The notes beneath the pieces are model-generated. The model was given only the letters and a program-made list of their open reading frames with translations. It made no database searches and was not told where the DNA came from. Both the position numbers and the translations under genes were made by a program. From Vicinamibacterales bacterium (lineage in GTDB: Bacteria > Acidobacteriota > Vicinamibacteria > Vicinamibacterales > UBA8438), in contig OZ242003.1 in NCBI GenBank assembly GCA_965204675.1, positions 4,608,375-4,672,374 on the forward strand: a stretch of 64,000 nt of DNA, given 5' to 3'. Position 1 is the stretch's first letter. Each line of letters opens with the position of its first letter. Below, piece after piece: positions 17,348 through 26,508 of this stretch.

Positions 17348-17653
17348 CTAGGTCCTGATGCGGCGGCCCTCGGGCTGAGCGGGGACGACCCCGCTCGACC
17401 GCCCAACGAGACCTTCGAGAAGTCCCTCGATGCGTGCCTGCCCCGCGAGTAACTGTGTGACGACATCCTCGACCTTGCCGATCCTCCGCCCCAGGTCTCG
17501 ATGCGCCTCGTCGTTGTTCTTGATCTCCCGCTGCAAGAACCACACCGCGAGCCCGAGCAGGACAGTGATGATCGCCAGCAACCCGGTGATCACCGTAGTC
17601 GACGAAATGGGGAGAACAGGGGCGGCACCCGCGGCAAGCAGGAAGGGCATCAA
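17348..17653 (-). CDS. Small membrane-anchored coiled-coil protein (paralog of 7346..7612)
   Basis: TM helix ITGLLAIITVLLGLAVWFL followed by EIKNNDEAHRDLGRRIGKVEDVVTQLLAGQARIEGLLEGL. Same architecture as 7346..7612. Confidence 0.5.
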   Translation of the reverse strand: MMPFLLAAGAAPVLPISSTTVITGLLAIITVLLGLAVWFLQREIKNNDEAHRDLGRRIGKVEDVVTQLLAGQARIEGLLEGLVGRSSGVVPAQPEGRRIRT

Positions 17654-17796
17654 CCGTCTCTAAAGGGTCTCCGGGCCATAGGGGGCCGCAGTCTCAGGGC
17701 CTCCGCGGCCGGCCCGCCGTCCAGTGTACCAGATGGCCGAGCCCTGATCTCGCGCCGGGTCGCGCCTGGCAGTTCCGCGGCAAGGAGAAACGCGCC

Positions 17797-17877
17797 ATGA
17801 AGTCAGACAAGAGGCCCGGTCTGACCCACGAAGAAGAAGATCTGTATCGGATGGCGGCCGCGTTCCTCGACAGGTGA
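17797..17877 (+). CDS. Candidate 26-aa small ORF (MKSDKRPGLTHEEEDLYRMAAAFLDR)
   Basis: Strong AAGGAG 8 nt upstream of the ATG. Lies in a 330-bp intergenic gap with locally lower GC. No homology claim possible. Confidence 0.25.
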   Translation: MKSDKRPGLTHEEEDLYRMAAAFLDR

Positions 17878-17982
17878 AGCGAGGAGCTCGGCGGAAGTGT
17901 CGCATCGCTACGTCCACCTCGGACAATCCCACACCCCGCCACCTCGCAGGTCGCGCTATCGCCCCCGCCGGGGTATGGGCCG

Positions 17983-19134
17983 TCAGTCGCGCGCGCCGGC
18001 CTCCGCGGCAAGCCGCGCGTCTTCCTCCAGGACCCGCGCGCCGCGCAGGATGCCGCCGAACGAGTAGTTCGCCTCGTGGCAGGCGTACTCGTAGACCCGG
18101 TCGTCCGACGCGGGCCAGACGTACTCGCCGCTCCAGGGCGCGGTCCACACCGTGGGGTCGTCCACCGTGAACCGGTAGAGCAGCGTGTCGGCGTCGAGCC
18201 GGGTGAACCGCTCGACGACGTGGAGGTTGCGGGACGCGGCGCCGAACGACGGGTTGTCGGTGAAGTTGGTGGTGTCGACGACGAGGGTGTCCCCCTCCCA
18301 GTGGCCGACGGAGTCGCCCAGCCAGCTCCTGATGTGCGGCGGATTGTGCTCCGCGTTCATGCGGACGATGCGGGCGTCGTGCACCATCTCGACCAGGATC
18401 ACCACCGTGTCCTCGGTCTGCACGATGCGCTTCATGTTGTTGTAGAGCACCGAGAGCATCGGCGGGCCCGCCGTCGACCCGAACCCCATGAGGCACCGCT
18501 CGGCGTGCGGTCGCTGCTCGGGGTTGTCATAGGGGCCGGGGGCATTCAGGTCGTCATCGAGCCACCAGGCGGTGCCGTCGTTGGGCCGCGCGAAGCCTGC
18601 ACGCGCGGTCCTCGCGGCGCGTGCGGCCTCGGTCAGGGGCGGCTGCCGGCCGTTCGGGGGGTCGGTGATGATCGAGGTGCGAATGAGGCCGTCGATCTGG
18701 AACGCGGCGTCGCCGCGGTCGATCCAGAAGGTGTTGTAGCCGCCGACGTTCCCGGCCGCGCCGCCCGATCCGTCGCCGCCGACGGGCGGCGCCTCCCGGT
18801 TGCCGTCGCCGGTCTCGAACCCGGCCCGCTGCTGCTCGGCCCGCGCCGCCGCGCGTTCATCCGACCCGGCCGGGGCGAGACCGAACACCCGGGCGAGCCC
18901 GTCGGGGTCCGACGCGATGATCGCCGCCTCTTCCTGGGTCAACGTCAGCCGGTCGCCGAACTCCCGCGGCCGCTGCAGCGGGGTCACGGTGGAGGTGTCG
19001 TAGGTGCCCGACAGGTCCGGACGGCCGGACGGGGTGCGGGGAATGTCGGAACCAGCCTGGGCCGACACGTCATGGGGCCCCGCCGCCAGGATCAGGCCCG
19101 CAATGCCGAGACAGAGGGCGATTCGACGAGGCAT
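17983..19134 (-). CDS. Secreted protein of an uncharacterised family (paralog 2 of 4)
   Basis: ATG at 19134 (MPRRIALCLGIAGLILAAG signal). Motifs RTSIITDPPNGRQP, ERCLMGFGSTAGPPM, GHWEGDTLVVDTTNF and YEYACHEANY. Confidence 0.8.
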   Translation of the reverse strand: MPRRIALCLGIAGLILAAGPHDVSAQAGSDIPRTPSGRPDLSGTYDTSTVTPLQRPREFGDRLTLTQEEAAIIASDPDGLARVFGLAPAGSDERAAARAEQQRAGFETGDGNREAPPVGGDGSGGAAGNVGGYNTFWIDRGDAAFQIDGLIRTSIITDPPNGRQPPLTEAARAARTARAGFARPNDGTAWWLDDDLNAPGPYDNPEQRPHAERCLMGFGSTAGPPMLSVLYNNMKRIVQTEDTVVILVEMVHDARIVRMNAEHNPPHIRSWLGDSVGHWEGDTLVVDTTNFTDNPSFGAASRNLHVVERFTRLDADTLLYRFTVDDPTVWTAPWSGEYVWPASDDRVYEYACHEANYSFGGILRGARVLEEDARLAAEAGARD

Positions 19135-19169
19135 GGCACGCTCCTTCCGTGTTGAACCGATACCGCCCC

Positions 19170-20789
19170 TCAGTTGCTCGCGCGCAACGCCGTCAGCCCG
19201 CGCTGGAACAGACGCTCGATCTGGCTGCTGGTGCGGAAGTCGGCGAGTATCTCCGCGCGGCGGCTCGTGCGCAGGCTCCCGATGATGAACCGCAACGTCG
19301 TCGACATCACCGTGCCCTCCTCGGTGCCGGTCGCCGCGAACCGGCGCTGGAAGTCCCGCAACGTGGCCGCGAAAGCGGGCGCGTGCCAGCGCTCCACTCC
19401 CGGCTCGAGGCGCACGAACTCCTCGAGCACCGCCACGAACTCGGCCGGCGGCGGCCGGTGCCAGAACGAGACGTCGGGCCCGAACTCCTCGACGTACGAC
19501 GGCAGATAGACGTTCGCCCCGGCCGGCACCCGCCGCACCAGCGCCGGATTGAACCGCTTCAGCTCGTCGGTCGAGAGTCCGGTCGTCCGGCGCAGCTCGG
19601 CGAGGGACAGGCTGCGCGGCGTGCGCATCGCGAAGATCGGCGCCTGCGGCGTGTTGGCCGTCAACCGGGCGACGTTGACGGCGTTGCCGAACACCATCTC
19701 GGAATACAGGTACGACACGGGACCGTAGGTGCGGAACAGATTGCGAAAGCGTCGAATGGAGACGCCGCGCAGGTCGCGCGCGTATCGCGACCCCAGAAAA
19801 TACCGCTCGCGGGTATCGTTCCCCCCCAACCGCATGCCGTTGATGACCACCCGGCCGACGTTGACCCCGCCCGCGTGATGCTCCGACAGGGCCGGGATGA
19901 AGCTGCCGTACATCGTGGCCAGGATGGTGAGATGCGCCGCGCAGTACGGCGCCTGCGTCGTCTGGTTGTACACCTCGATGACGTTCGGATCGAGCCGATC
20001 CAGCGAGTTCCAGTTGCGCCGAAGCCACTGGCAGAAGCCGAGCGCGTCCGCCCGCGACCGCGCCCTGCCGTTCAGCCCCGACTCGAGCAGCGCCTTGGCC
20101 AGACCGACGTCGGCGGGCACGCCGAAGCGCTCGTAGATCGTCGCCCATTCCTGGAGGAAGCGACCGTAGCGATCGGCATTCGGCGCGATGAACCCTCCCC
20201 GCGTGGCGTTGTGGATGACCCGTCCGCCGGCCAGCGGCTCCAGCAGCTCGGCCACGCGGTCCCGCCGGCGCCCCAGGGCCGACGGCAGCCGGACCCCGGC
20301 GAGGGCGGCCCGGAGAGCCGGCTCGTACCAGACGCCCTCCTCGGCCCAGTTGCGGGCATTCGTCGGGAACGAGGCCAGCAGGCGGCCGTCGACCCCGCTC
20401 GCAAAGAGAATGCGACCGTCCGGAATCATGAAGACGTGTTCCCAGAACGGGTGCGCGGGACGATGCTCGGCCATCGCCGCGAGGTCCGCCTGGTGGCGGG
20501 CGGCCAGGAACGGCGTCGCCGCCGGCTCGACCGGCTCCTGCGGCCCGCCCGCCGCGCCCGACGGCGCCGCCCCGGCAGCGGCCTGCCCCGCCGCCGGCGG
20601 CGCCGGCTCCCCGGCAGGCTCACCCTGCGCCTGCACGGGCGCCGCCGGCTGATCCTGAGCCGGCCACGCGTGCAGCACCGACCTGTCCGATCCCCCCGCC
20701 GATGCGAGGAGCACGACGATTCCGGCCAGCGCGGCGAGGCCGCGAAGGATGCCGATGCGCTTCACGACGACGAGCAGTTGCCTCTCCAT
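19170..20789 (-). CDS. Membrane-anchored lytic transglycosylase-like protein with LysM domain (MltD-like)
   Basis: N-terminal TM helix, then a Pro/Ala-rich linker. SLT-like LLESGLNGRARSRADALGFCQW. LysM-like LSLAELRRTTGLSTDELKRFNPAL...GANVYLP. Confidence 0.65.
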   Translation of the reverse strand: MERQLLVVVKRIGILRGLAALAGIVVLLASAGGSDRSVLHAWPAQDQPAAPVQAQGEPAGEPAPPAAGQAAAGAAPSGAAGGPQEPVEPAATPFLAARHQADLAAMAEHRPAHPFWEHVFMIPDGRILFASGVDGRLLASFPTNARNWAEEGVWYEPALRAALAGVRLPSALGRRRDRVAELLEPLAGGRVIHNATRGGFIAPNADRYGRFLQEWATIYERFGVPADVGLAKALLESGLNGRARSRADALGFCQWLRRNWNSLDRLDPNVIEVYNQTTQAPYCAAHLTILATMYGSFIPALSEHHAGGVNVGRVVINGMRLGGNDTRERYFLGSRYARDLRGVSIRRFRNLFRTYGPVSYLYSEMVFGNAVNVARLTANTPQAPIFAMRTPRSLSLAELRRTTGLSTDELKRFNPALVRRVPAGANVYLPSYVEEFGPDVSFWHRPPPAEFVAVLEEFVRLEPGVERWHAPAFAATLRDFQRRFAATGTEEGTVMSTTLRFIIGSLRTSRRAEILADFRTSSQIERLFQRGLTALRASN

Positions 20790-20819
20790 GTCGCCCCCAG
20801 CAAGACAACACGGACCGCC

Positions 20820-21872
20820 CTACGGCCTCACCCGCACGTACTTCTGAATCTTCCGCGGCCGCGGCTCGCCGCCGTAGATGTTGCCATCTCCGTCGACGGC
20901 CACGAACTCGGCCCCGTTGCCGGCGGGGTCGCGGGGGTCGCCCCACGGGTAGAGGATGAACTCGGTGACCCAGCCGGTGGCCACCTCGCCGATGCGGATG
21001 CCCATCTCCCAGCCGGGGTTCTGCAGGTCGTCCGACTCGGAGTCGGCCACGAAGATGCGCCCGTGGTCGTCGAAGAAGATGCCGCTCGGCCGCCCGAACT
21101 GCGTCCACTGGGCGATGAAGTTCCCCTCCTGATCGAAGATCTGGAGGCGGTTGTTCGAGCGGTCGCCCACGAAGATGCGCCCGTCGGCGTCCATGGCGAT
21201 CGCGTGCAGGGTGCGGAACTCGCCCGGCGCGTACCCGGTCTGCCCCCACTCCATGAGGTAGTTGCCGTCCTTGTCGAACTTCACGACCCGGTTGTTCGTC
21301 TCGTTGGCGTGGCCGTCGGCGATGAAGATGTCGCCGTTGTCGGCGACGACGACGTCGGCCGGGGCGTTGAAGTGGTCGCGCCCACCGCCCGCCTTGCCGG
21401 GCGTGCCCAGGGTCATGAGCACCTCGCCGGTGGGGCTGAACTTGACGACCTGGTGCCCGCGGGTCCCCCCCTCGGGGGTCCGCGCCTCGGACACCGCGTC
21501 GGTGACGTACACGTTGCCGTCGTCGTCGACGTCGATGCCGTGGGGCCAGATGAACATGCCGCTGCCGAAGCTCTCGACGGCGTTGCCCTCCATGTCGAAC
21601 TTCACGACGGGGTCGAGGTCGGAGTCGAGGCACTCCCAGCCGAAGAACTCGCCGGGCGCGTCGCACCGGATGACCGCCCACAGGTGCTCGCCGTCCGGGT
21701 CCATGGTCACCTTGCCGACCGCGCCCATCTCCCGGCCGTCGGGCAGCTTCGCCCAGCCTTCGACCTGTCGATAGGGGTTCGGCAACACCTGGGCCGGCGC
21801 CAGGCTGGTTCCGGCCACGGCCAGGGCCACGGCCACGACCACCACATGCAGGCTTCTTCTCGACATCGTCAT
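20820..21872 (-). CDS. Secreted NHL-repeat protein, peptidyl-alpha-hydroxyglycine alpha-amidating lyase (PAL)-like
   Basis: ATG at 21872 (MTMSRRSLHVVVVAVALAVAG). Repeats PHGIDVDDDGNVYVTD, IFIADGHANETNNRVVKFDKDGNYLMEWG and IFVGDRSNNRLQIFDQEGNF closely follow the PAL-type NHL pattern. Confidence 0.8.
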   Translation of the reverse strand: MTMSRRSLHVVVVAVALAVAGTSLAPAQVLPNPYRQVEGWAKLPDGREMGAVGKVTMDPDGEHLWAVIRCDAPGEFFGWECLDSDLDPVVKFDMEGNAVESFGSGMFIWPHGIDVDDDGNVYVTDAVSEARTPEGGTRGHQVVKFSPTGEVLMTLGTPGKAGGGRDHFNAPADVVVADNGDIFIADGHANETNNRVVKFDKDGNYLMEWGQTGYAPGEFRTLHAIAMDADGRIFVGDRSNNRLQIFDQEGNFIAQWTQFGRPSGIFFDDHGRIFVADSESDDLQNPGWEMGIRIGEVATGWVTEFILYPWGDPRDPAGNGAEFVAVDGDGNIYGGEPRPRKIQKYVRVRP

Positions 21873-22001
21873 ACCTCGCTCCACGGAAATGGACCGACCC
21901 GGGACCGGCGTTTCGGCCGGCCGACGGCACGCGGCGCCGCGGTCCGCAACGGGTCGGGAAGACCGGGACCGCGCTCGTTGGGGCCCCATTATACTCTCGG
22001 C

Positions 22002-22481
22002 GTGTCACGGGAGATCCGACATCGCTCCGCCGTCCCCCGCTGGTCGCACCGGGACCCGGTCGAGGGCGGCAATCCGTTCGCCGACGGCGACCCGCGGCGC
22101 GAGATCTGGGACGCCGCCACCCACCAGGCGAGGCGGGCGCTGGAACGCTGCGACGCCCATATCGCGGCGACCGCCCGGGTCACCCTCGACCCGGTCGTCT
22201 ACCGCGCGCAGTTGCTCGACCTCGCGCTCCGGCGCTTCGACACCTGGGCCGAGCGCGCGCTGTCGGTGGTGTCGAGCGAAGGCGAGCTCGACGACTACGG
22301 GCGGTGGCTCGACGTCTACGTGGGGAACTGGCTGGGCTACGTCGCGGACACGTGTCCGCGGGTCAAGACGGGCGACGAGCTGCGCCGGCGGCTCAAAGAC
22401 GCACGGAAACGCTGGCTGGAGGCGGGACGGGCGGCCGTGGCCTCGGTCGGTGCGCGCCAGCTCGCCCCGGCGCGAGGCTGA
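22002..22481 (+). CDS. Hypothetical protein
   Basis: GTG at 22002 at the 3' end of shadow ORF 19149..22481. Strong GC3 bias and balanced amino-acid composition (VSREIRHRSAVPRWSHRDPVEGG...WLEAGRAAVA). No motif recognised. Confidence 0.45.
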   Translation: MSREIRHRSAVPRWSHRDPVEGGNPFADGDPRREIWDAATHQARRALERCDAHIAATARVTLDPVVYRAQLLDLALRRFDTWAERALSVVSSEGELDDYGRWLDVYVGNWLGYVADTCPRVKTGDELRRRLKDARKRWLEAGRAAVASVGARQLAPARG

Positions 22482-22711
22482 CGCGGCGCGAGGCCGACGA
22501 TCACTGCACCATGGCAGCAGCGATAACGCGACGCCGAGCATCGAAGCGCGAAACCGGGATCGCAGCGCGAAGTCGACGCATGCGTCGAGAAGCCGGCAAT
22601 CGCGTGGCGAAGCCCGGCGATCACGGCACGACGCGGCCGAGCACAGTGCGAAGCTGACGAGTGCGGCGCCGCGTCCCCGGGGGCGGGCGACACGGCGCCG
22701 CGCTCAGCGCG

Positions 22712-24757
22712 TCACTGCTGCTCGTCGCCGGTGTCCTCCTCCATCAGGTAGTCCCAGTGGCGCGCGGCCTGGCCGAGGATCGGCGCCAGGTCGCCGGCCA
22801 GCAGGTACCCCCGGTCGACGAGGGCCAGCGCCGCCTCGGTCACGAGCCCGAGATAGGCGGCGCGGCTGCCGTACCGCTCCTCGATCGAGCGCCGCGAGTC
22901 GCCGATGCGCTCCCGGTCCTCGGCCGTCAGGGGGAACGGGATGTAGGACCCCTGCATGCTCGACAGCACGTCGGTCGGGCCCGCGCCCTCGCGGAACAGG
23001 TTCCAGCCGGTGTAGGTGGCCAGCGGCACCGCGACCTCCGGCATCATCAGCCCGCCCGTCTCGTTGCCGTCGGCGTCGACCGCCGGCACCAGGGCCGGAA
23101 ACGCGGACAGCACCTCGGGCGGCTGCTCCGTCACGATGCCCCGCGTCCGGAACTCGGGGCCGTAGACGGCGCGGTACGCGAGGTGCGGCTCGGCCGGCTG
23201 CCCGACGCCGGGGAGCTCGGGGAACCCGACCGCGTCCCACGCGACGAGGTCGCCGTCGGCGATGCGCGGGTAGACGCTGGCCGGCGGCAGGGCCGACTCG
23301 TCGTCGATCCACCGGTCCATCGCCAGCACCAGCGGCCGCAGGAACCACGAGTAGTCGTTGGGGTTGCTCGGCTGCTGGCCGCTCGTGCGGCGCGGCGGGA
23401 AGCGGCCGGGGCCGTGCTGCCCGCCCGCGAACGAGTAGATGCGCACGTTGTCCATCAGCGGCGCGTCGGCCGACCCATCGATGGTCGTGTGGATGAGCGA
23501 CGCCGCGCGCCCCCAGTACTCGTACGACGAGTTGGTGTAGAACACCCGCGGCATGTGGCCGGGCTGGATGGCGGAGAGCAGGCCGTCCTGCATGTCCGTC
23601 TCCGGGTCGTGCTGGGCGACGTCGGTGAACGGGAAGATGTCGCTCGGATACAGCTTGTTCAGGAACGGGTGCCCGTCGCGCGACGGCTGCGCGAACCGGT
23701 GGTTGAAGCTGCCGCGCCCGCCCCCGGCGACGTGCGACATGATGCCGTCGAACGCGCGGCGGTCCCGCTCGTCGCGGTTGTAGCCGTGGTAGAGGAACGT
23801 GCGCAGGAAGCGCCCGCTCTGCGACACCCCCCAGGCGATGGCGTGGTCGATCGCACCCGCCGACAGCCCCAGCTCGGGGCTCTCGCCGTACTTCATCCGC
23901 GAGATCATGTCGCGCACCGCGGCCGGCCCGAGGCCGACCAGCGCGGGGTCCTTCGCCACGTAGACGATGTCGTATAGCTTGTGCGGCTCGAAGCCCCCCT
24001 CGAGGTAGACGCGAGTCGGGTCGTCGACGATCTCGCCGTTCTCGCCGCGCCGCGCGAAGCGCCACTGGTCGCGCGGCACCACCCGCCGCGGCTGCCCGGC
24101 GCCGTCGCGGACGGTCATCACGTTGGCGGGGTCGTCGGGGTCGGCGACCTCGTAGGCGATGTGGCTGCGGTCGGCGAGCGACCGGTCGAAGGTGCGCTCG
24201 TTCACCACCACCTCGCTCCGCACCAGCCCCGTGATGGTCGCGCCGTCGTCGGTCGCCACCGGCGTGTGCAGCCGCATCTGGCCATCGCGCACCGGCACGT
24301 CGAACTGCCAGCCGAGCCACAGCAGCGAGAAGCCGTTCTCGAGCAGGAACCCGTCGCCCATCTCCTCGGCGCTCTGCGGGTAGCGGCTGCCGGCGGCGTT
24401 GTTGAAGTAGCCGAGCATGCCCTTCCCGCCGCGGTTCGACACCTCGTAGAGGACGGTGCCGTTGCCCCGGGCGGCATCGGCCGGCTTCAGCAGGTAGAAG
24501 TTGGAGCGGAACTCGACCAGGCCGCGGTCGTTCCGGGGCGCGAGGTCGATGTCGGTGACGACGCGGTTGGCAGGGTTCGCGGGGTCGACCTCGAAGTGCA
24601 CCATGCCGCTCAACGCCTCGTAGGGGCCGGCCAGCCCGTAGGCGCGGCCGTCCGCGACGTCGTGGCGGGCGTCGACCTCGATGCGCACCACGTCGGCCGA
24701 CGCGGTGCCGGCGAGCAGCAGGAACACGGTGACGAGCGCGGAAACAGGACGGGTCAT
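22712..24757 (-). CDS. Secreted alpha/beta-hydrolase-domain protein (large uncharacterised hydrolase family)
   Basis: Signal peptide MTRPVSALVTVFLLLAGTASA. Nucleophile-elbow-like AWGVSQSGRFLR. 681 aa, with clean coding statistics throughout. Confidence 0.6.
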   Translation of the reverse strand: MTRPVSALVTVFLLLAGTASADVVRIEVDARHDVADGRAYGLAGPYEALSGMVHFEVDPANPANRVVTDIDLAPRNDRGLVEFRSNFYLLKPADAARGNGTVLYEVSNRGGKGMLGYFNNAAGSRYPQSAEEMGDGFLLENGFSLLWLGWQFDVPVRDGQMRLHTPVATDDGATITGLVRSEVVVNERTFDRSLADRSHIAYEVADPDDPANVMTVRDGAGQPRRVVPRDQWRFARRGENGEIVDDPTRVYLEGGFEPHKLYDIVYVAKDPALVGLGPAAVRDMISRMKYGESPELGLSAGAIDHAIAWGVSQSGRFLRTFLYHGYNRDERDRRAFDGIMSHVAGGGRGSFNHRFAQPSRDGHPFLNKLYPSDIFPFTDVAQHDPETDMQDGLLSAIQPGHMPRVFYTNSSYEYWGRAASLIHTTIDGSADAPLMDNVRIYSFAGGQHGPGRFPPRRTSGQQPSNPNDYSWFLRPLVLAMDRWIDDESALPPASVYPRIADGDLVAWDAVGFPELPGVGQPAEPHLAYRAVYGPEFRTRGIVTEQPPEVLSAFPALVPAVDADGNETGGLMMPEVAVPLATYTGWNLFREGAGPTDVLSSMQGSYIPFPLTAEDRERIGDSRRSIEERYGSRAAYLGLVTEAALALVDRGYLLAGDLAPILGQAARHWDYLMEEDTGDEQQ

Positions 24758-25046
24758 GGTCAGGGTCCTCCCGGTCCGGAACGGTCCGGCGCTGTTCGGC
24801 GTTACTGGTCACGCCGATCATAGATCGACCAGCGCCGCCCCGCGCGTGCAGATCGGCCCTCACCGACCGGGTCGGTCCGGTGGCCGGGGTGGAAGGGCGG
24901 CATCACCGTCCGCGAGCCTCGCTGCTTGTCGACCCGCGACGCATCCGACCCGCGGACCGGGGTGTCTCCGCCGATGCACCGGGCTGCGTAACGGGGCCGT
25001 CGAGGCTAGAATGGGGCAGACTCGTTTCCACGCGTGAGGTCGACCC

Positions 25047-26366
25047 ATGTTCCTGACCCGAAAAGCGTTGCCGCGGCGGACGGTCCTGCGCGGGCTCGGC
25101 GCCTCGCTCGCGCTGCCCCTGCTCGACGGCATGGTCCCGGCGTTCGCCACCGCGGCGCGGCCGGTACGCCGGCTCGGCGTGGTGTACGTGCCGAACGGCA
25201 TGATGATGGAGCACTGGGTGCCGGCGGCCGAGGGCGCCGCCTTCGACTTCCCCGCCATCCTGCAGCCGATCGAGCCGCTACGCCGCCACGTGCAGGTGCT
25301 GTCCGGCATGCACGGCGCGGCCGGGCCGGGACCGCATCCGCGGGCGTCGACGCGGTTCCTGACCGGCGTGCCCGCCAAGCGGGAGGACGGGGCCGACGTC
25401 CTCGCCAGCGTGTCGATGGACCAGATCGCGGGCCGCGTCCTCGGCCGCGAGACCCAGCTCGCGACGCTCGAGCTGGCCATCGACGGCCGCGACTTCGCGG
25501 GCTCGTGCGGCCTCGGCTTCAGTTGCGCCTACACCAACACCATCGCGTGGGCCGACGAGACGACCCCGCTGCCGATGGAGAACAACCCGCGCATCGTGTT
25601 CGAGCGCCTGTTCGGCGATGCCGGGAGCACCGACGCCGCCGTCCGGCAGGCGAGGCGCCGCAAGGACGCGAGCCTGCTCGATTCGGTGCGCGAGCGCACC
25701 CGCGACCTCGCCCGCGGGCTGGGGCCACGGGACAACCTCAAGCTCGACCAGTACCTGGCCGCGGTGCGCGACGTCGAGCGGCGAATCCGGACGGCAGAGG
25801 CGCAGGCCGGCCGCGACCTGCCGGTGGTCGCGCAGCCGGAGGGCGTTCCCGACACCTTCGGCGAGCACGCGAAGCTGATGTTCGACCTGCTCGCCCTCGC
25901 CTTCGAGACCGACCTCACGCGGGTCGGCACGTTCATGCTCGGACGCGAGCTGACCGGCCGGACCTACGCCGAGATCGGGGTGCCCGACGCCCACCACCCC
26001 ATCTCGCACCACCAGCGCGATCCCGAGAAGCTGGCCAAGCTGACCAGGATCAACCTCTACCACGTGCAGCTCTTCGCCGGCTTCCTCGATCGGCTGCGCG
26101 AGACCCCCGACGGCGACGGCTCCCTGCTCGACCACTCCATGATCGTCTACGGCGCGGGCATGGCCGACAGCAACGCCCACGCCTCGGACGACCTGCCGGT
26201 GCTGCTCGCCGGCGGCGGGGCGGGCCCCGGCGGGCGTCACGTGCGCTATCCCGCCGACACCCCCCTCGCCAACCTGCACCTGACCCTGCTCGACCGCCTC
26301 GGGGTGCCGGTCGACTCGCTGGGCCACGCCACCGGCCCGCTGCCGCTCGAAGGGGGCGCGGGCTGA
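25047..26366 (+). CDS. DUF1552 domain protein with Tat-type signal
   Basis: N-terminus MFLTRKALPRRTVLRGLGASLALPLLD. Motifs SCAYTNTIAW, LKLDQYLAAVRDVERRI and DLTRV.TFMLG...HHPISHH are typical of DUF1552. Confidence 0.8.
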   Translation: MFLTRKALPRRTVLRGLGASLALPLLDGMVPAFATAARPVRRLGVVYVPNGMMMEHWVPAAEGAAFDFPAILQPIEPLRRHVQVLSGMHGAAGPGPHPRASTRFLTGVPAKREDGADVLASVSMDQIAGRVLGRETQLATLELAIDGRDFAGSCGLGFSCAYTNTIAWADETTPLPMENNPRIVFERLFGDAGSTDAAVRQARRRKDASLLDSVRERTRDLARGLGPRDNLKLDQYLAAVRDVERRIRTAEAQAGRDLPVVAQPEGVPDTFGEHAKLMFDLLALAFETDLTRVGTFMLGRELTGRTYAEIGVPDAHHPISHHQRDPEKLAKLTRINLYHVQLFAGFLDRLRETPDGDGSLLDHSMIVYGAGMADSNAHASDDLPVLLAGGGAGPGGRHVRYPADTPLANLHLTLLDRLGVPVDSLGHATGPLPLEGGAG

Positions 26367-26390
26367 GCACGGAGCCTCCGAACCCGAACG

Positions 26391-26505
26391 GCCGTCCAAT
26401 CGGGAGCGTAAACGCCGTCCAATCGGGAGCGTAAACGCCGTCCGATCGGGAGCGTAAACGCCGTCCAATCGGGAGCGTAAACGCCGTCCAATCGGGAGCG
26501 TAGAG
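26391..26505. repeat. Tandem repeat, 5 x 23 bp (GCCGTCCAATCGGGAGCGTAAAC)
   Basis: Units start at 26391, 26414, 26437, 26460 and 26483. The third unit has A>G and the last ends ...GTAGAG. No spacers, so this is not CRISPR. Each unit contains GGGAG. Confidence 0.95.
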
Positions 26506-26508
26506 GGC

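Noticed and set aside
26391-26505. CRISPR array
   Set aside because: The 23-bp units are directly abutting with no spacers. There are no cas genes in the window.
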